Shown: one piece after another, positions 1-13,213 of the stretch
How positions within the stretch are numbered: the first letter of the stretch is position 1
How the letters are laid out: the number at the start of each line of letters is the position of its first letter
Assembly: GCA_964016885.1 (NCBI GenBank)
Contig: CAXHJY010001015.1
Coordinates: 4,156 to 68,155, forward strand
DNA: 64,000 nt
Source of the DNA: Eledone cirrhosa
Taxonomy: Eukaryota
Direction of reading: 5' to 3'
Position numbers and translations under genes: made by a program
Notes under the pieces: model-generated
Seen by the model: only the letters and a program-made list of their open reading frames with translations
Databases searched by the model: none
Told to the model about the DNA's origin: nothing

Positions 1-260
1 CCCCAATGTAGCAACCATATCAGCATGAATGTATTTGGGGGCTAAGCCCTTTTTCTGTAGGTACTTGATAAAATGACGATACCAAAGTTTGTCCATTTTC
101 AAGAGATGTCGCTACTAGTTACTTTTGAAGGTGTCAGTTTACCTGGAAAGGAACAATGCAGTTAATAATAATAAGAGTTGAAATTAATGCATGCAAGATT
201 TCACAGCCCTAGCACCATTTCTTCATAGTAAGCCTATGAACTTTTCAGCCCTCTCTTGTA
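1..260 (-). mobile_element. Mariner (Tc1/mariner) DNA transposon 5' end: TIR plus transposase N-terminus, running off the window edge
   Basis: Minus strand from ATG at 96 reads MDKLWYRHFIKYLQKKGLAPKYIHADMVATLG, resembling the N-terminal HTH region of mariner transposases. The terminus on the minus strand reads TA-CAAGAGAGGGCTGAAAAGTTCATAGGC, a mariner-type TIR with TA at 259-260. Confidence 0.85.
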
Positions 261-921
261 CATATACATACATATACATACATCAAACCACTCATCCATT
301 CAACCATACATTCACCCAACTACGAATCTATCCACCCATCCATACTTCCCCATCCACATATCCATCCATCCATCCATCTATCCCTCCATCCACCAACCCA
401 TCCATACTTCCCCATCCATCCATCCAAACAAATCTATACAAATATATATATAGGATGTAAGAAAAACAACACGGTTTCGCTGATATCTCTACTTTGTGTA
501 GAAGAAGTATGTCTGTTATTCTTAAGTGATTACTATAAAGGCTAGCCGCCATCTTGATCAGAGTCCAGTAATGTTGACGAAATTGTTGCAAGACTCATAC
601 AATAACAAACTTAAGCTAAATCGCTGAAACCGATCTCCTACACAGAAGAGCGATACTTGTTATGCGGTATTTACTCAGTAAAACGACACACGTAATTGCG
701 TCAATTACCAACACATACGACAGCACACACACTGACATACACACAAACTTGTACACCCCACACGCACACATTGACATGCACACCTACACACAAACCACCC
801 ACACACACATATATATATCAATGGAGAAATAGATATAGATATATATATGCATTTCTATACATATATATTTTAAAATATTCATATTGCCACACACAGACAT
901 ACATATATGGAATAACTATAA

Positions 922-990
<69 letters not shown>

Positions 991-1095
991 ATTTATAAAT
1001 TTAAGTATCAGAGATAATAGATCAATTTTTATTGTGACACAAAATATGTCACTTTCTGTGTGGTATTATCCACGCACATAAACATATGTATGTAT

Positions 1096-1153
<58 letters not shown>

Positions 1154-1263
1154 AAGTATTCAACTATTTATATGTATGCATATATATATATATATATATA
1201 TATAGTGTGTGTGTGTGTGTGTGTATACATGTATAAGTATTCAACTCTTTATATGTATGCATA

Positions 1264-1332
<69 letters not shown>

Positions 1333-1559
1333 AGATATATACGTGTATGTATGTACTGTTATTCAAATATACTTTATCTGATATGTAAATATTTAGACAT
1401 ATGATATAATATCAAATGACAAATTCCTTACATCTTACACCGTGGCATTTATAGTTCTTCAGTTCTTCATGTCTTCAAGTCTTTGGTTAGTTTTAACTAT
1501 CACCACAACGACGACTACGGTAGTTCACCACCACCTGACAATAACAGCCGTTAATACGT

Positions 1560-1860
1560 ACGTACACAGACACATACTAACATAAATACACACGCACACA
1601 CTCTCTCTCACACACACACACCCATACACGGACACATACTAACACAAATACACACTCTCTCTTTCTCTTTCTCTCTCACACATACAAGAACACATACTAA
1701 CAAAAATACACACACTCTCTCACACACACGTACACATACTAACACAAATACACACTCTCTCTTTCTCTCTCACACACACATACACGGAGACATAATAATA
1801 CAAATACACACACTCTCCCTCTCTCTCACACACACATACAAGGATACACACCCATACATA
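1560..1860. repeat. Degenerate minisatellite (CACATACTAACACAAATACACACTCTCT-like unit, about 5 copies)
   Basis: The motif cacatactaac..aaatacacac recurs near 1570, 1633, 1691, 1733 and 1790, separated by CA/CT runs. Confidence 0.75.
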
Positions 1861-2256
1861 CACATGCACGTATATGTAATACATATATATAAACGTACAT
1901 ATGCATAAAAAAACATACATACACATATATCGATATATAATACATACATAACAATACATACAACCATATACATATACGTAGAAACACACATACACACATA
2001 TACACACATACACAAACATAGATTCGTTCGTACATATATACATACATATATGCATGCACACATACATTTGTTCGTAAATACACACATATACATGCATATT
2101 TACATACAAACATACACACATATATACATACATGCATACATACATATTTACATATATGCATACATGTATACATACATATACATATATGTATACACACATA
2201 CATACAAACATATATACATATATACCTACATGATAGTAGAACACTGGTGATTTAAA

Positions 2257-2297
2257 CCGAGCTGATGATCCGAATAAGGTGAAACAATTGTTCTCGG
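2257..2297 (+). ncRNA. Minimal type-I hammerhead ribozyme fold (Penelope-LTR-like)
   Basis: Order is CCGAG (stem I), CTGATGA, tCCgaataaGGt (weak stem II), GAA, ACAATTGT (palindromic stem III), T, CTCGG (stem I'). The predicted cleavage triplet is GUU, after 2292. Confidence 0.7.
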
Positions 2298-2629
2298 AAA
2301 TGGTGAATTGACTATTGTGGAACTACTTCTATATACACACACATATATATGATATATACACATACATATATACATACATGCATATGCATACATACATATA
2401 TACATACATACATATATATATACATACATACATATATACATACATACATATATATACATATACATATATACATACATACATATATACATATATACATACA
2501 TACAGATGTATGGGGGATTCAGCATATCAAGGTACTACTAATATTTTTATCTTCAGTGACTGGACTGAAAAAACGTGAAATAAAGGGCCTTGCTCAAGGT
2601 CCCAATGCATTTTTTGATTGTACCATAAA

Positions 2630-3112
2630 TACCACCACCATCATCATCAACAGCAGCTGCAGCGGCAGCACTAGCACCGCTACTATCACTACCATTCCCA
2701 CCATCAACACCAACCCCAACATCAACACCACCACTACCATCACAACTATCAACACTACTTCCATCACCCCCACCATCACCCCCACCCCCACCATCACCCC
2801 ACCCCCACCATCACCACTATCAACACCACTACCATCACAACTATCAACACCACCTCCACCATCACCACTATCAACACCACCTCCACCACCACCACTATCA
2901 ACACCACCTCCACCATCACCACTATCATCACCACCTCCACCATCTCCACCATTACCACCATTACCACCATCAACACCACCTCTACCACCACCACCACCGC
3001 CTCCACCCCCATCACCACCAACCACCGCATCCACCACCACCACCGCCTCCACCACCACCACTACCACCACCAGCAACACAACCCCCCTCCCCCCACCACC
3101 ACCACCACCAAT
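2630..3112. repeat. (CAC/CAT)-rich low-complexity tract
   Basis: Imperfect ACC/ATC trinucleotide repeats; source of the poly-Pro/Thr and poly-Gly/Val ORFs. Confidence 0.9.
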
Positions 3113-3542
3113 CATTTACGAGCCTGAACCTTAGATCTGAAGTTTATTATTAATAGATTGATAATCAATTTAGCAAATTATGATCAAATATTTTTGTTAA
3201 TGTTGATTGGTTTTTGTTCCAATTAAGGAGAATCGGCGGAGATCGATACACAGATTGGATTTTCAGTTTGAACTTCTCAATTAGATTTATTTTATCTGAC
3301 GTAAAATTTCAATTTTCAATATTTCAAACAAAACTCTGGAGCTGCGAGGGAAGGATTCTGTAGTTTAAAGAGAGAGAGAGAGAGTGAGAGAGAGAAAGAG
3401 AGAGGGGGAAGCGGTAGAGAGAGTGGGGGAAGAGGTAGAGCGAGAGGGAGAGAGAGGAGAGAAAGAGAGAAGAGAAGAGAGGGAACGAGTTAGATATATC
3501 TATTCATCTCCTTCTCTCTCTATTTAGCTATCTAACCATCTA

Positions 3543-3604
<62 letters not shown>

Positions 3605-3634
3605 ATATATGTGTATATATATATATATGTATGT

Positions 3635-3760
3635 AAAAGGTAAGCAGAAATAACAACACAATCGGTACAGTATATAGAAGGTATATATTAGGTTAACGCT
3701 TGAGATAGCAGGAAGAGGGTCTTAATGTTTCGGACGCTAATCCTTCATCAGGAGAAAGAA
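3635..3760 (-). mobile_element. Penelope-LTR-like repeat fragment with degenerate hammerhead (family A, copy 1)
   Basis: Minus strand reads tctcCTGATGAaggattagcgtccGAAAcattaagaccctc...tcaagcgttaa. Homologous to 16094-16157 (+) and 48120-48245 (-). Confidence 0.6.
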
Positions 3761-3944
3761 TGAGAAGTAAAATAGATTGAGGGGACGGGTGGGATGGAAT
3801 TGGAAAAAATGTCTTTAGATAAAAATAACAGGTCCATTCATGTTGCCATCTCTTATACATTTATATATACAATATGATAGACACACACATACACACACAC
3901 TTTCCAGCAGAGAAGATAGACGCTAAATAATGATGCTGAGGATA

Positions 3945-3986
<42 letters not shown>

Positions 3987-3987
3987 T

Positions 3988-4058
<71 letters not shown>

Positions 4059-4242
4059 CGTGTACTCTTGGAAGATTATCATAACATTGAAAAGGTGACA
4101 GTATTGTGATGAAAGATTTGTAATAAATTGATATGCTCTTTCGTTAACAATAATGACGAAAACTAATTGCGCATGCGTCTATTTTATTGGCAACATGACC
4201 CAAACCCACGACAATATAGCAATATCTATTTACTTGCCTACA

Positions 4243-4292
<50 letters not shown>

Positions 4293-4968
4293 GTTTAGAA
4301 ATAGTATGAGAGAGGGGGAGGGAAAGAGAATGATATTGAGAGTGAGAGTCCAAATATATATACATGGAATCTCTCTCGAGAGAGAGGGAGAAAGAGAGAG
4401 AGAGAGCGGGGTGGTGGAAGGAAAATGTTCATGATATTTTGCTTGAAGGGATTGGAGAGAGAGATCAAGCAAGAGATAGAGATAGATAGAGAGGAGAAAG
4501 ATGAGAGAGAGAGGTTGTTAATAACAATTTAAGTAGAAAGATAAATAGGGAGTGAGAGATCGAGATAGATAGAGAGAGAGGGGGAGGGAGAGACAAAGAG
4601 AGATGCGGAGTGAATCAAAACTTGAGGGAGAGACAGTGGTGGTGGTGGGATTCTGGTGACAATGATGGTGGCGGGGTTGTTGTTGGTGGTGGCGGGGTTG
4701 GTGGTGAGAGAGAAAATATTAATGATTATTAATTATGCCAAAGTTGCTAACTATGGCGGTAATTAAATGATGAAAAGGAGATTTTGTTAAACATTTCTGA
4801 AGGACTAATGAGTCTGTGTTAATTTTGGTTGGAGTCGGTCGTCTGCTTATGAAGATGGATAGGAATACAGAGGGGGGGGGGGGGGGAGAAAGAGTGAGAA
4901 ATAGAGAGGGAATGGTTTAGAGTCGATGAAGATAAAAGAGATTGATGGATAGAACATATATATATATA

Positions 4969-5002
<34 letters not shown>

Positions 5003-5041
5003 TATGTGTATATGTATATATATATGTATATATATATATGT

Positions 5042-5314
5042 GGAGGCACGTGGCCTAGTGGTAAGGGTGTTGGACTTACGATCATAATGTCGTAGGCTCG
5101 ATTGCGTGTTGTATTCTTGAGCAAAACACTTCATTTCACGTTGCTCCAGTATACTCAGCTGAAAATGAGTACCAGCAATAGCTGAATGTTTAATCCTGCG
5201 GTGATGGACTGGCGTCCTGTCCAGGGGGGAGTCTTGTACTTTCAGTCGCTTCACGCCATGAAACTGGGATAAGCACCGGCCAAATGAGCCTTCTGGCTTA
5301 AGACAGACTTTAGA

Positions 5315-5318
<4 letters not shown>
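5042..5318 (+). mobile_element. tRNA-derived SINE, near full length
   Basis: Pol III A box TGGCCTAGTGG at 5051-5061 and a degenerate B box near 5095-5103. Body reads gtgttgtattcttgagcaaaacacttcatttcacgttgctcc; short tandem tail agacttt-agacttt; flanked by (TA)n. Confidence 0.8.
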
Positions 5319-5356
<38 letters not shown>

Positions 5357-5535
5357 TAGAGAAAGAGAGCCAGAGAAAGAGAGAGAGACATGGGTGGAGA
5401 AAGTGAGATGATTACGAAGGAGATAGAAAGATAGAGATCGTTAGATTCATTGAGTAATATAGCTCTATATGTAGACAGAGAGAGAGAAGAACGTATAGAT
5501 AGATGGGGAGATAGGGAGATAGATAGACAGATGTA

Positions 5536-5566
<31 letters not shown>

Positions 5567-5634
5567 GGTAATAATAATAAATTTGAAGACTAAAATCCAA
5601 AGATTCCTTGCTTAAATTTTAATCTGTTATTTTA

Positions 5635-5725
<91 letters not shown>

Positions 5726-6643
5726 GAGAGAGAGAGAGACCTAAAAACAAAATACGAAGGAAAACACATAGAAAAAACAATTCAAGACATTTAAACAAAC
5801 TGAAATTTCAAAGAGAATGTTTGAAGAAAAAACTTAAAATCTGAGGGTGTAACTTAGGGGGACCGATGGGGTAGATAGGATGGTAGTGGTGTTGACGGTG
5901 AATGGAGTTGGGGTGTTGGAGGGGCTTCTGGTGTTGGTGTTGGTGGTGCCGCTGTGGTGATGGTTGGTGGTGGTGCTGTTGCTGCTGGTGGTGATAGTGT
6001 TGGTGTTGGTAGTGCTGTTATGTTGGTGCTGATACTGGTGGTGGTGTATGACTTGGTTTCATTGGTGGTGCTGTTGTGGTGGTAATAATGTTGATGTTGT
6101 TGATGGTGATGGTGATGGTGTTGTTGTTGTTGCTAGTGGTGGTGGTGGTGTTTGTAGTTGTGGTAGTGTTCTTGTTGGTGGTGGGGGTGTTGTTTGTAGT
6201 TGTGGTAGTGTTGCTGGTGGTGGTGTTTTTCTTGGTAGAGTTGTTGTTGGTAGTGGTAGTAGTTATTGTTGTTCGTGCTGGTGGCAGTACTTCTGGTAGT
6301 GCTGGTGGTGGTGATATTGGTAATGGTGTAAGGGATAATTATATTTAAAGTCCTTAAATTCTTCTAACTTCTTTGATTTCAATTTTGGTTTTTAAGATCT
6401 GTATTTTGTTGTTGCTTTTAATGTCAGTAATCTCCCTTTAAAATGTCTGCCATCTTGCTAATTATTCTACAATATACTTTTTTTTTGTAACTGCCTTCTC
6501 TACCCCCCCCCCCCCTCTCTCATAATGTCTTTCTTTCTATCTTTCTCTCTCCCTCTCTCTCATATATCTGTGTATATATGTGTATATGGATTCAATTTTA
6601 TCTCTTTCTCTTTCTCCCCCATATATATATATATATACATACA

Positions 6644-6726
6644 TACAGGGTGTCCCAAAATAATGCACACATACTTTAATAGCATTCGAATAAAAGTATG
6701 TATACATTTTTTGGGGACACCATATA
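6644..6726. mobile_element. Short Tc1-type MITE (palindromic)
   Basis: TA-CAGGGTGTCCCAAAA...catacttt on the left and aaagtatg...TTTTGGGGACACC-ATATA on the right form imperfect terminal inverted repeats in a TA context. Confidence 0.7.
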
Positions 6727-6997
6727 TATATATATTCAATTTCCCTTCGCTCTCCCATTCTTTTTTATCTCTACCGCCCCCTCTCCCTCTATCACTAAGT
6801 CTTTCTATCATTCTCTCCCTCTCTATTTCAGTTTTTCTCTTCTCTCTCATGCATAAAATAAATAAAAGCCGTTACTGCGTTTACGTTTTTCTAAATTCTC
6901 ATTTAAAATTCATGAAAGAGAACAAAAACTAACTTTTCTTAATTTTTCATAATTTTCCTGCGAGATAAAACACAACAAAAATGGAACAAAACAACAC

Positions 6998-7430
6998 TAA
7001 TGGCTTCTAATTTAGGCACAAAGCCATCAATTTTTTGTTGGTGAGGGAGGGAGAGGGAAAATCGATTATATCGACCTCAGTACTTTACTATATCGACCCC
7101 TTCTTCGCCGATTTATTCCTGAGAGCCTCGTGGAGGCAGAGCCCTCAAACACTCCTTCCAGAGGGTCCTGTCAGAAGCAACCATCTCCAACTGATCCGGC
7201 TGAATCACCAAAAGTCACGAGTTAAGATCATGGATGTTATCCAACTATCTTGCTCGGGGTCTACCCCTGAGTCTCTTGCCGGTTGGTTATGCCCATAAAA
7301 TCTGCCCAGCAGTTATTTCCTGAGACATTCTAGCCACCTTGTCCCCAGAAGAATAACATATAAAATGAGCAGGATTTGAAATCTGAACGTTGTAGGCCGA
7401 AATACATAATGCATTTCACCCAATCCTTTA
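6998..7430 (-). mobile_element. SINE (family of the 50.9-52.3 kb cluster) split by an RTE 3' fragment
   Basis: Tail ttctaatttaggcacaaagcc...tatcgacccc up to 7100. The SINE resumes at cccc (about 7343) and continues to ggatttgaa, a reversed B box. Confidence 0.65.
7101..7342 (-). mobile_element. RTE-clade LINE 3' end fragment (pseudogenised)
   Basis: Minus translation ARMSQEITAGQILWA*PTGKRLRGRPRAR*LDNIHDL...ASDRTLWKECL matches the RTE C-terminal G(K/R)RxRGRPRxRW...DRxxW motif. Homologous to 33279-33530. Confidence 0.8.
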
Positions 7431-7434
7431 ACTC

Positions 7435-7930
7435 ACCGTTTCTGAACTGGTGTTCCCTCAGAACCCTAGGGTTCTGCAAAGGATCGCTAGTGGTTCCACG
7501 AGAAACACTGATAAATACACTAATGCATTTTGTATATAAATTTCATATTCGTAATTTTACATACATATATATCAATATATACGAGGGTCGGATGAAAGAT
7601 TCATAAGCCGACCAATATACTCTCATGGAATGAATAAATTAGGTTTAATTTTTAACATAGTCCCTGGAAAAAAACAATGCAGTTATTAATAAGAAGGCAC
7701 GCAAGATTTCATAGCCCTAGCATACACTCCTGCATAGCCATCCTATGAACTTTTCAGTCCAACCTCATACTATACACATACTGTATATTGTTGAAAATAT
7801 TTGGTTATAATATAAATATAAACGAGATAGATATTAATAATGCTACGTATGCATGATTTATGCAGGGGTTCCTTGAGACACGAAAACTATTCATGGATTC
7901 CACAAGAGTAAAGAGGTTGAGAAATGTTTC
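7435..7930. mobile_element. hAT-like MITE remnant containing a nested mariner MITE
   Basis: Left end gtttctgaact..gttccctcagaaccctagggttctgc and right end caggggttcc...ggttgagaaa resemble hAT (Charlie-like) termini. Confidence 0.45.
7580..7769. mobile_element. Mariner-derived MITE related to the element at 1-260
   Basis: TIRs TA-CGAGGGTCGGATGAAAGATTCATAAGC and CCTATGAACTTTTCAGTCCAACCTCA-TA. Internal sequence caatgcagtta...gcaagatttcatagccctagca is shared with 154-213. Confidence 0.8.
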
Positions 7931-8167
7931 TTTAGAGATTTTGCCAATTCATCGTCCAAACCCTTATGTACTAGATCGATATCATAGACTATATTAATAC
8001 CCCTCCCCATAGCAGGTCATGTGTTACTCTGTTAGAAATCAATGAAAATGACAGTCTTTCTTACAGGTTTTTACCAGCTGCTAACAATAACAGTCAAATC
8101 TACTCAAATTTATAATTACATGAGTGTTTTGTCTACCAGGCATAGTGTATATACATATATGTATGAA

Positions 8168-8203
<36 letters not shown>

Positions 8204-8493
8204 ACACACACACACACGTGTGTGTACACATACACACATACGTAGCAGCATATTTATCGGCGGCGGAAGGGGGGAGAAGTCACGTGCCGGCGCTTTAGTT
8301 GCTCACTCCGATTAATTAAACAGTGTGATCTATGAAAGGTCGGCTATGGAATTAAAAGTCAGCGGGAGGACATTTCATGATGGTGGACGATGTCTTGCGG
8401 GGAAAGACCAACGAGAAAGATACCCCCCCACACACACACACATATATAGATACATATATGTACATATATATATACAGTACATATATATATCTA

Positions 8494-8544
<51 letters not shown>

Positions 8545-8959
8545 ATATATATATATATATACACACATGTGCATATATATACACAAAAAATGATGCGTAT
8601 TGTTTTTTGAGGCGTGGTGATCGGATAAGAGCAATATGTTAAAGGAAAGAGATGGTTTCTGGTGGTAGTGGTGGTGGCGGTGGTGTGGTGGTGGTGGTGG
8701 TGGTGGTGGTGGTGGTGGTGGTGCTGCTGCTACTGCTGTTGGTGATGTTGGTGGTTATGTTAAGCAAATCTGTTTGCTGTCTGTGTGTGTATGTGTTTAT
8801 GAAAGCTTATGTGGATGTAGGCGAAAGTACCTGGGAAAACATGTGATGGCAGCAGTGGTGGTGAGTGTTTTGGGGAAGATATTTGGTGGAAAGTTTACAG
8901 AAAGATTTAACCACAAAAGATGCAGGGAGGGACAAAGAGTGACACACACACACATATAT

Positions 8960-9047
<88 letters not shown>

Positions 9048-9467
9048 AGGGAGATAGAGAGAAAATGTGTGAGAAAGATTGTGGGATATATATATATAAG
9101 GAAGGAGAAATAGAGAGAGAGAGAGAGAGAGAGAGGGGGAGAGAGAGAGAGAGAACAACAAAAGCTACAGAGAGTTATTGAATCAACGCAATACATTCAT
9201 TATCAACTAAGTAGCAAAATAACGTTTATTTAAGATGGACTTAATGGATAATAAAAGAATACACACATGTAGAGACACACACATGTACAGATACACACAC
9301 AGACACACATGCTCTCTCTCTCACGCACACACACATGTATAGACACAAGCACACACTTGAACATACATACAAACGCACTCAAACACATAGACACACATAC
9401 ATACATAGATACATAAGTGTGTATAAATATCTATGTGCAAGTGTAAGTGCATTTATACACACATCTG

Positions 9468-10085
<618 letters not shown>

Positions 10086-10910
10086 CCATACACAGACATA
10101 TATATATAAATATATTTATGTGTGTGTATACATATACAACAATAACAATAAAGAAAAAGACACCATCAACCACCAACAAAAACAACAAATACAAAAGCCA
10201 CAAAAAAATGTACAATATGGCTGCCAAAGGAGAAATGATGAAACGGCCATTTTGTGTATGGGATATATCAACAATCAGATGTTAACGAAAGAGCAGCTGC
10301 TGGTGTTGGTGAACTGGTTATTGGAAACGTGATTTTGCTCCAAATTGATACGATAGCAAAGATTTTTCTCAGGCTGAATGGTCGTTAAGGACTTATATAG
10401 ACATTAGAATAAGAGATTCGCTGCTATCTTTGCTCGGCCATAATGTTGTCGTCTTAATACATCCACGTCTTCGTCTTCTTTGTCGTCGGCTTCGTCGCCT
10501 TCTTCGTCTCCCTTTTCGTCTTCTTATTTTTAGCTACATCCACGAACGGCTGTTTCGGACAAGATAGGGAGATATGAAAGTGAGGCTGGGGATGAGGCTG
10601 GATGGACGTTTGGTTTGGTGGTGATGGTGGTTGTGGTAGTGGTAGTGGTGGTGGTGGTGGTAGTGGTGCTTGTGGTGGTGGTGGTGTGGTTGTGGAGGCC
10701 GTTAGCTTGCTGGTGGCTAGTGATGAGGTCACTTAGTTGTGATGGTTGTTTAATAGATGCTGCTATTGGTGGTGATGGTGGTGGTGGTGGTTATATCTTG
10801 AATAAAGGTAACAATGTATACTGACACATATTTACGCACACAAACACTCTCTCACACACACATACACACACATCTATATGTGTCTGTGTATATATATATA
10901 TATGTATATG

Positions 10911-10957
<47 letters not shown>

Positions 10958-11035
10958 GTATGGCAATATATACAATCTATCAGTTACAGTAATCGAGAAA
11001 GTGATTGTTGGTATGTTTCATTGTCCTTCTTGCCT

Positions 11036-11138
<103 letters not shown>

Positions 11139-11622
11139 CTATCTATGTTTGCTTGGTTGTTTGTTTCTTTATCTTCTCTGTTCTCTCCTCTTCTCCCCTT
11201 CGCTGACACCACGGCGCCCACCACGACCACCACGATCACCACCACCACCACCATCAAGACCACCACCACCCGCACTATCGCCCCTTCCTGACTTCTGACC
11301 TACGACATCCGACTGTTGACTTAATTAACTAAACCGATATCCGGCAGTAGTGGATAATTCGCGGCAGGCGTCCGGTCATGTGGGGTGTGGAGCACACTTG
11401 GTGGTGCCTCCTGGGTGTTTATTGCTGTATGTAGGGTGGATGTAAATTTATGAATGCGGCGCTGGTGTATGCAGTATAGCTAACGTAGGCTTGTACCTGC
11501 TGAGTTGTGAATTGGAGGGTGGTGAGGACAGTGTAGTGGATGTGGCGTTGTGACTGCTAAATGACTGATGTGAAAGTTGTATTGTGAGGTGGTGAATGTG
11601 TTGTGGTGTGGGTAGCATATAT

Positions 11623-11664
<42 letters not shown>

Positions 11665-11729
11665 ACACATGTATTTATATAGACACACTAACACACCCTG
11701 CACACACACACACACGCACACACACATAC

Positions 11730-11794
<65 letters not shown>

Positions 11795-12150
11795 CCACTC
11801 TTAGTTGAAACCTTCTCTCATCATAACTCAATCCCAACTTATCTCCTACGTCCTATCAACTCCTTCTCAACTTGACCTTACGTGATGTTACATTAATGGC
11901 GATTACACGTGAGCCACCCAACCATTCACTCTCTCTCCCCTCTCTCTCATACTCTGTCCCCCCCTCATACTCTCATATGTTATCTTGCTCCATCTCCTCT
12001 TCTTTCCAACCCCTCCCCGCCTTTTTATTATCCATCATCATTATTTTCCTTCCCCTTCATTTCAATTACTCCCTTGTTTCTTCAGCCCTTTCTTTTACTC
12101 TGTTATGCGCACACACAATACACACACACATAATGTATATATACATACAT

Positions 12151-12201
<51 letters not shown>

Positions 12202-12400
12202 CAGATCGGATGTTTAAGTCATCTGGTTTGCAGAAACACAACAATATCTCGGTAACATATATACTTATATTAATGTGCATTTATGTCTCGAATTGTATTT
12301 TTGATCCAGTTTGAATTTTTTATTCATATATATATATATATATGTATATATATGTATTAATTCAAATATTAACAAAATAGATATTCTTGTGATCAATTAA

Positions 12401-12466
12401 ATTTTATTATACATATTTCAGAGGTACTTCAATCAGGTTCAGCAGTAAGTCCTCATCAGATGAAAT
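12401..12466 (-). ncRNA. Type-I hammerhead ribozyme fold, left-arm copy
   Basis: Minus strand reads atttcat-CTGATGA-ggacttact...agtacctct-GAA-atatgtat-a-ataaaat. Stem I has one mismatch and stem II is weaker than in the right-arm copy. Confidence 0.65.
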
Positions 12467-12549
12467 AAAATGATACATGGCATATCCTGACATGTTAGAT
12501 GGTTAAGATTTAACCATCTAACATGTCAGGGTATGTCATGTATCATTTT

Positions 12550-12615
12550 ATTTTATCTGATGAGGACGTACTGTTGAACCTGATTCAAGTACCTCTGAAA
12601 TATGTATAATAAAAT
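12550..12615 (+). ncRNA. Type-I hammerhead ribozyme fold, right-arm copy (intact core)
   Basis: ATTTTAT (stem I), CTGATGA at 12557-63, stem II ggacgtac..ttgaa/ttcaa..gtacctct, GAAA at 12597-600, self-complementary stem III ATATGTAT, A12608, then ATAAAAT giving a perfect 7-bp stem I'. Triplet AUA. Confidence 0.8.
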
Positions 12616-12778
12616 TTAATTGATCACAAGAATATCTATTTTGTTAATATTTGAATTAATATTAATAACTCTGGAAAATATCTCACTGTAGAGTGCTTCC
12701 AATCTACTGTAAAACTCATTCTTTGATGTACTCATTGAATCTTCTTGTTTAACTCTTTAATATATATATATACTTGCA

Positions 12779-12897
<119 letters not shown>

Positions 12898-13135
12898 TTG
12901 CATTCACACACACACATATATATAAAGAGAGAGAGAGAGAGAAAGAGAGATACAGATACATATACAGAAAGATAGTGATAAATAGATAATGAGGGATATA
13001 TAAAGAAAAATATGTATGTGTGTGTAAGTATGTGTGTGTGTGTGTGTGTGTGTATGAAGGACCGTTTATGTATATTGAATTGTCCGTCACAGTGAGAGTA
13101 GTAACAGAAGATAACCAAATCGGACATTGACACTA

Positions 13136-13149
13136 CCACGTCACTTCCG
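13136..13149 (-). promoter_or_regulatory. Candidate ETS-CRE composite site (CGGAAGTGACGTGG)
   Basis: An ETS core CGGAAGT overlaps a CRE half-site TGACGT in a unique island. Further TTCC cores lie at 13165-13185. Confidence 0.3.
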
Positions 13150-13213
13150 ATTTACTGATACATACTTCCTTCCTTCCTCTTTCCGTTCGATGTTCAGCGG
13201 TTTTCATTCACCT

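Larger units (their letters stand above)
12355..12661. repeat. 307-bp near-perfect palindrome, probably an inverted Penelope-like LTR pair
   Basis: Arms of 152 bp around a 3-nt loop (ggttaa-GAT-ttaacc, centre 12508). Six mismatches by manual alignment. Confidence 0.95.

Noticed and set aside
2349-3134. Pro/Thr-rich 261-aa ORF (extensin- or formin-like), and the similar 381-aa ORF at 58503-59648
   Set aside because: Both are made of CAC/CAT trinucleotide tracts and are open on both strands. The first also runs through a SINE remnant. No domain or splice evidence.
5042-5110. Possible tRNA gene (also 58357-58450)
   Set aside because: A/B boxes are present but there is no cloverleaf, and the sequence continues into a SINE body.
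11290-11620. Possible coding exon in a GC-rich island
   Set aside because: The minus-strand frames I translated close quickly and show no recognisable motif, and the ORF track has no + strand ORF spanning the island. Kept only as a regulatory candidate.
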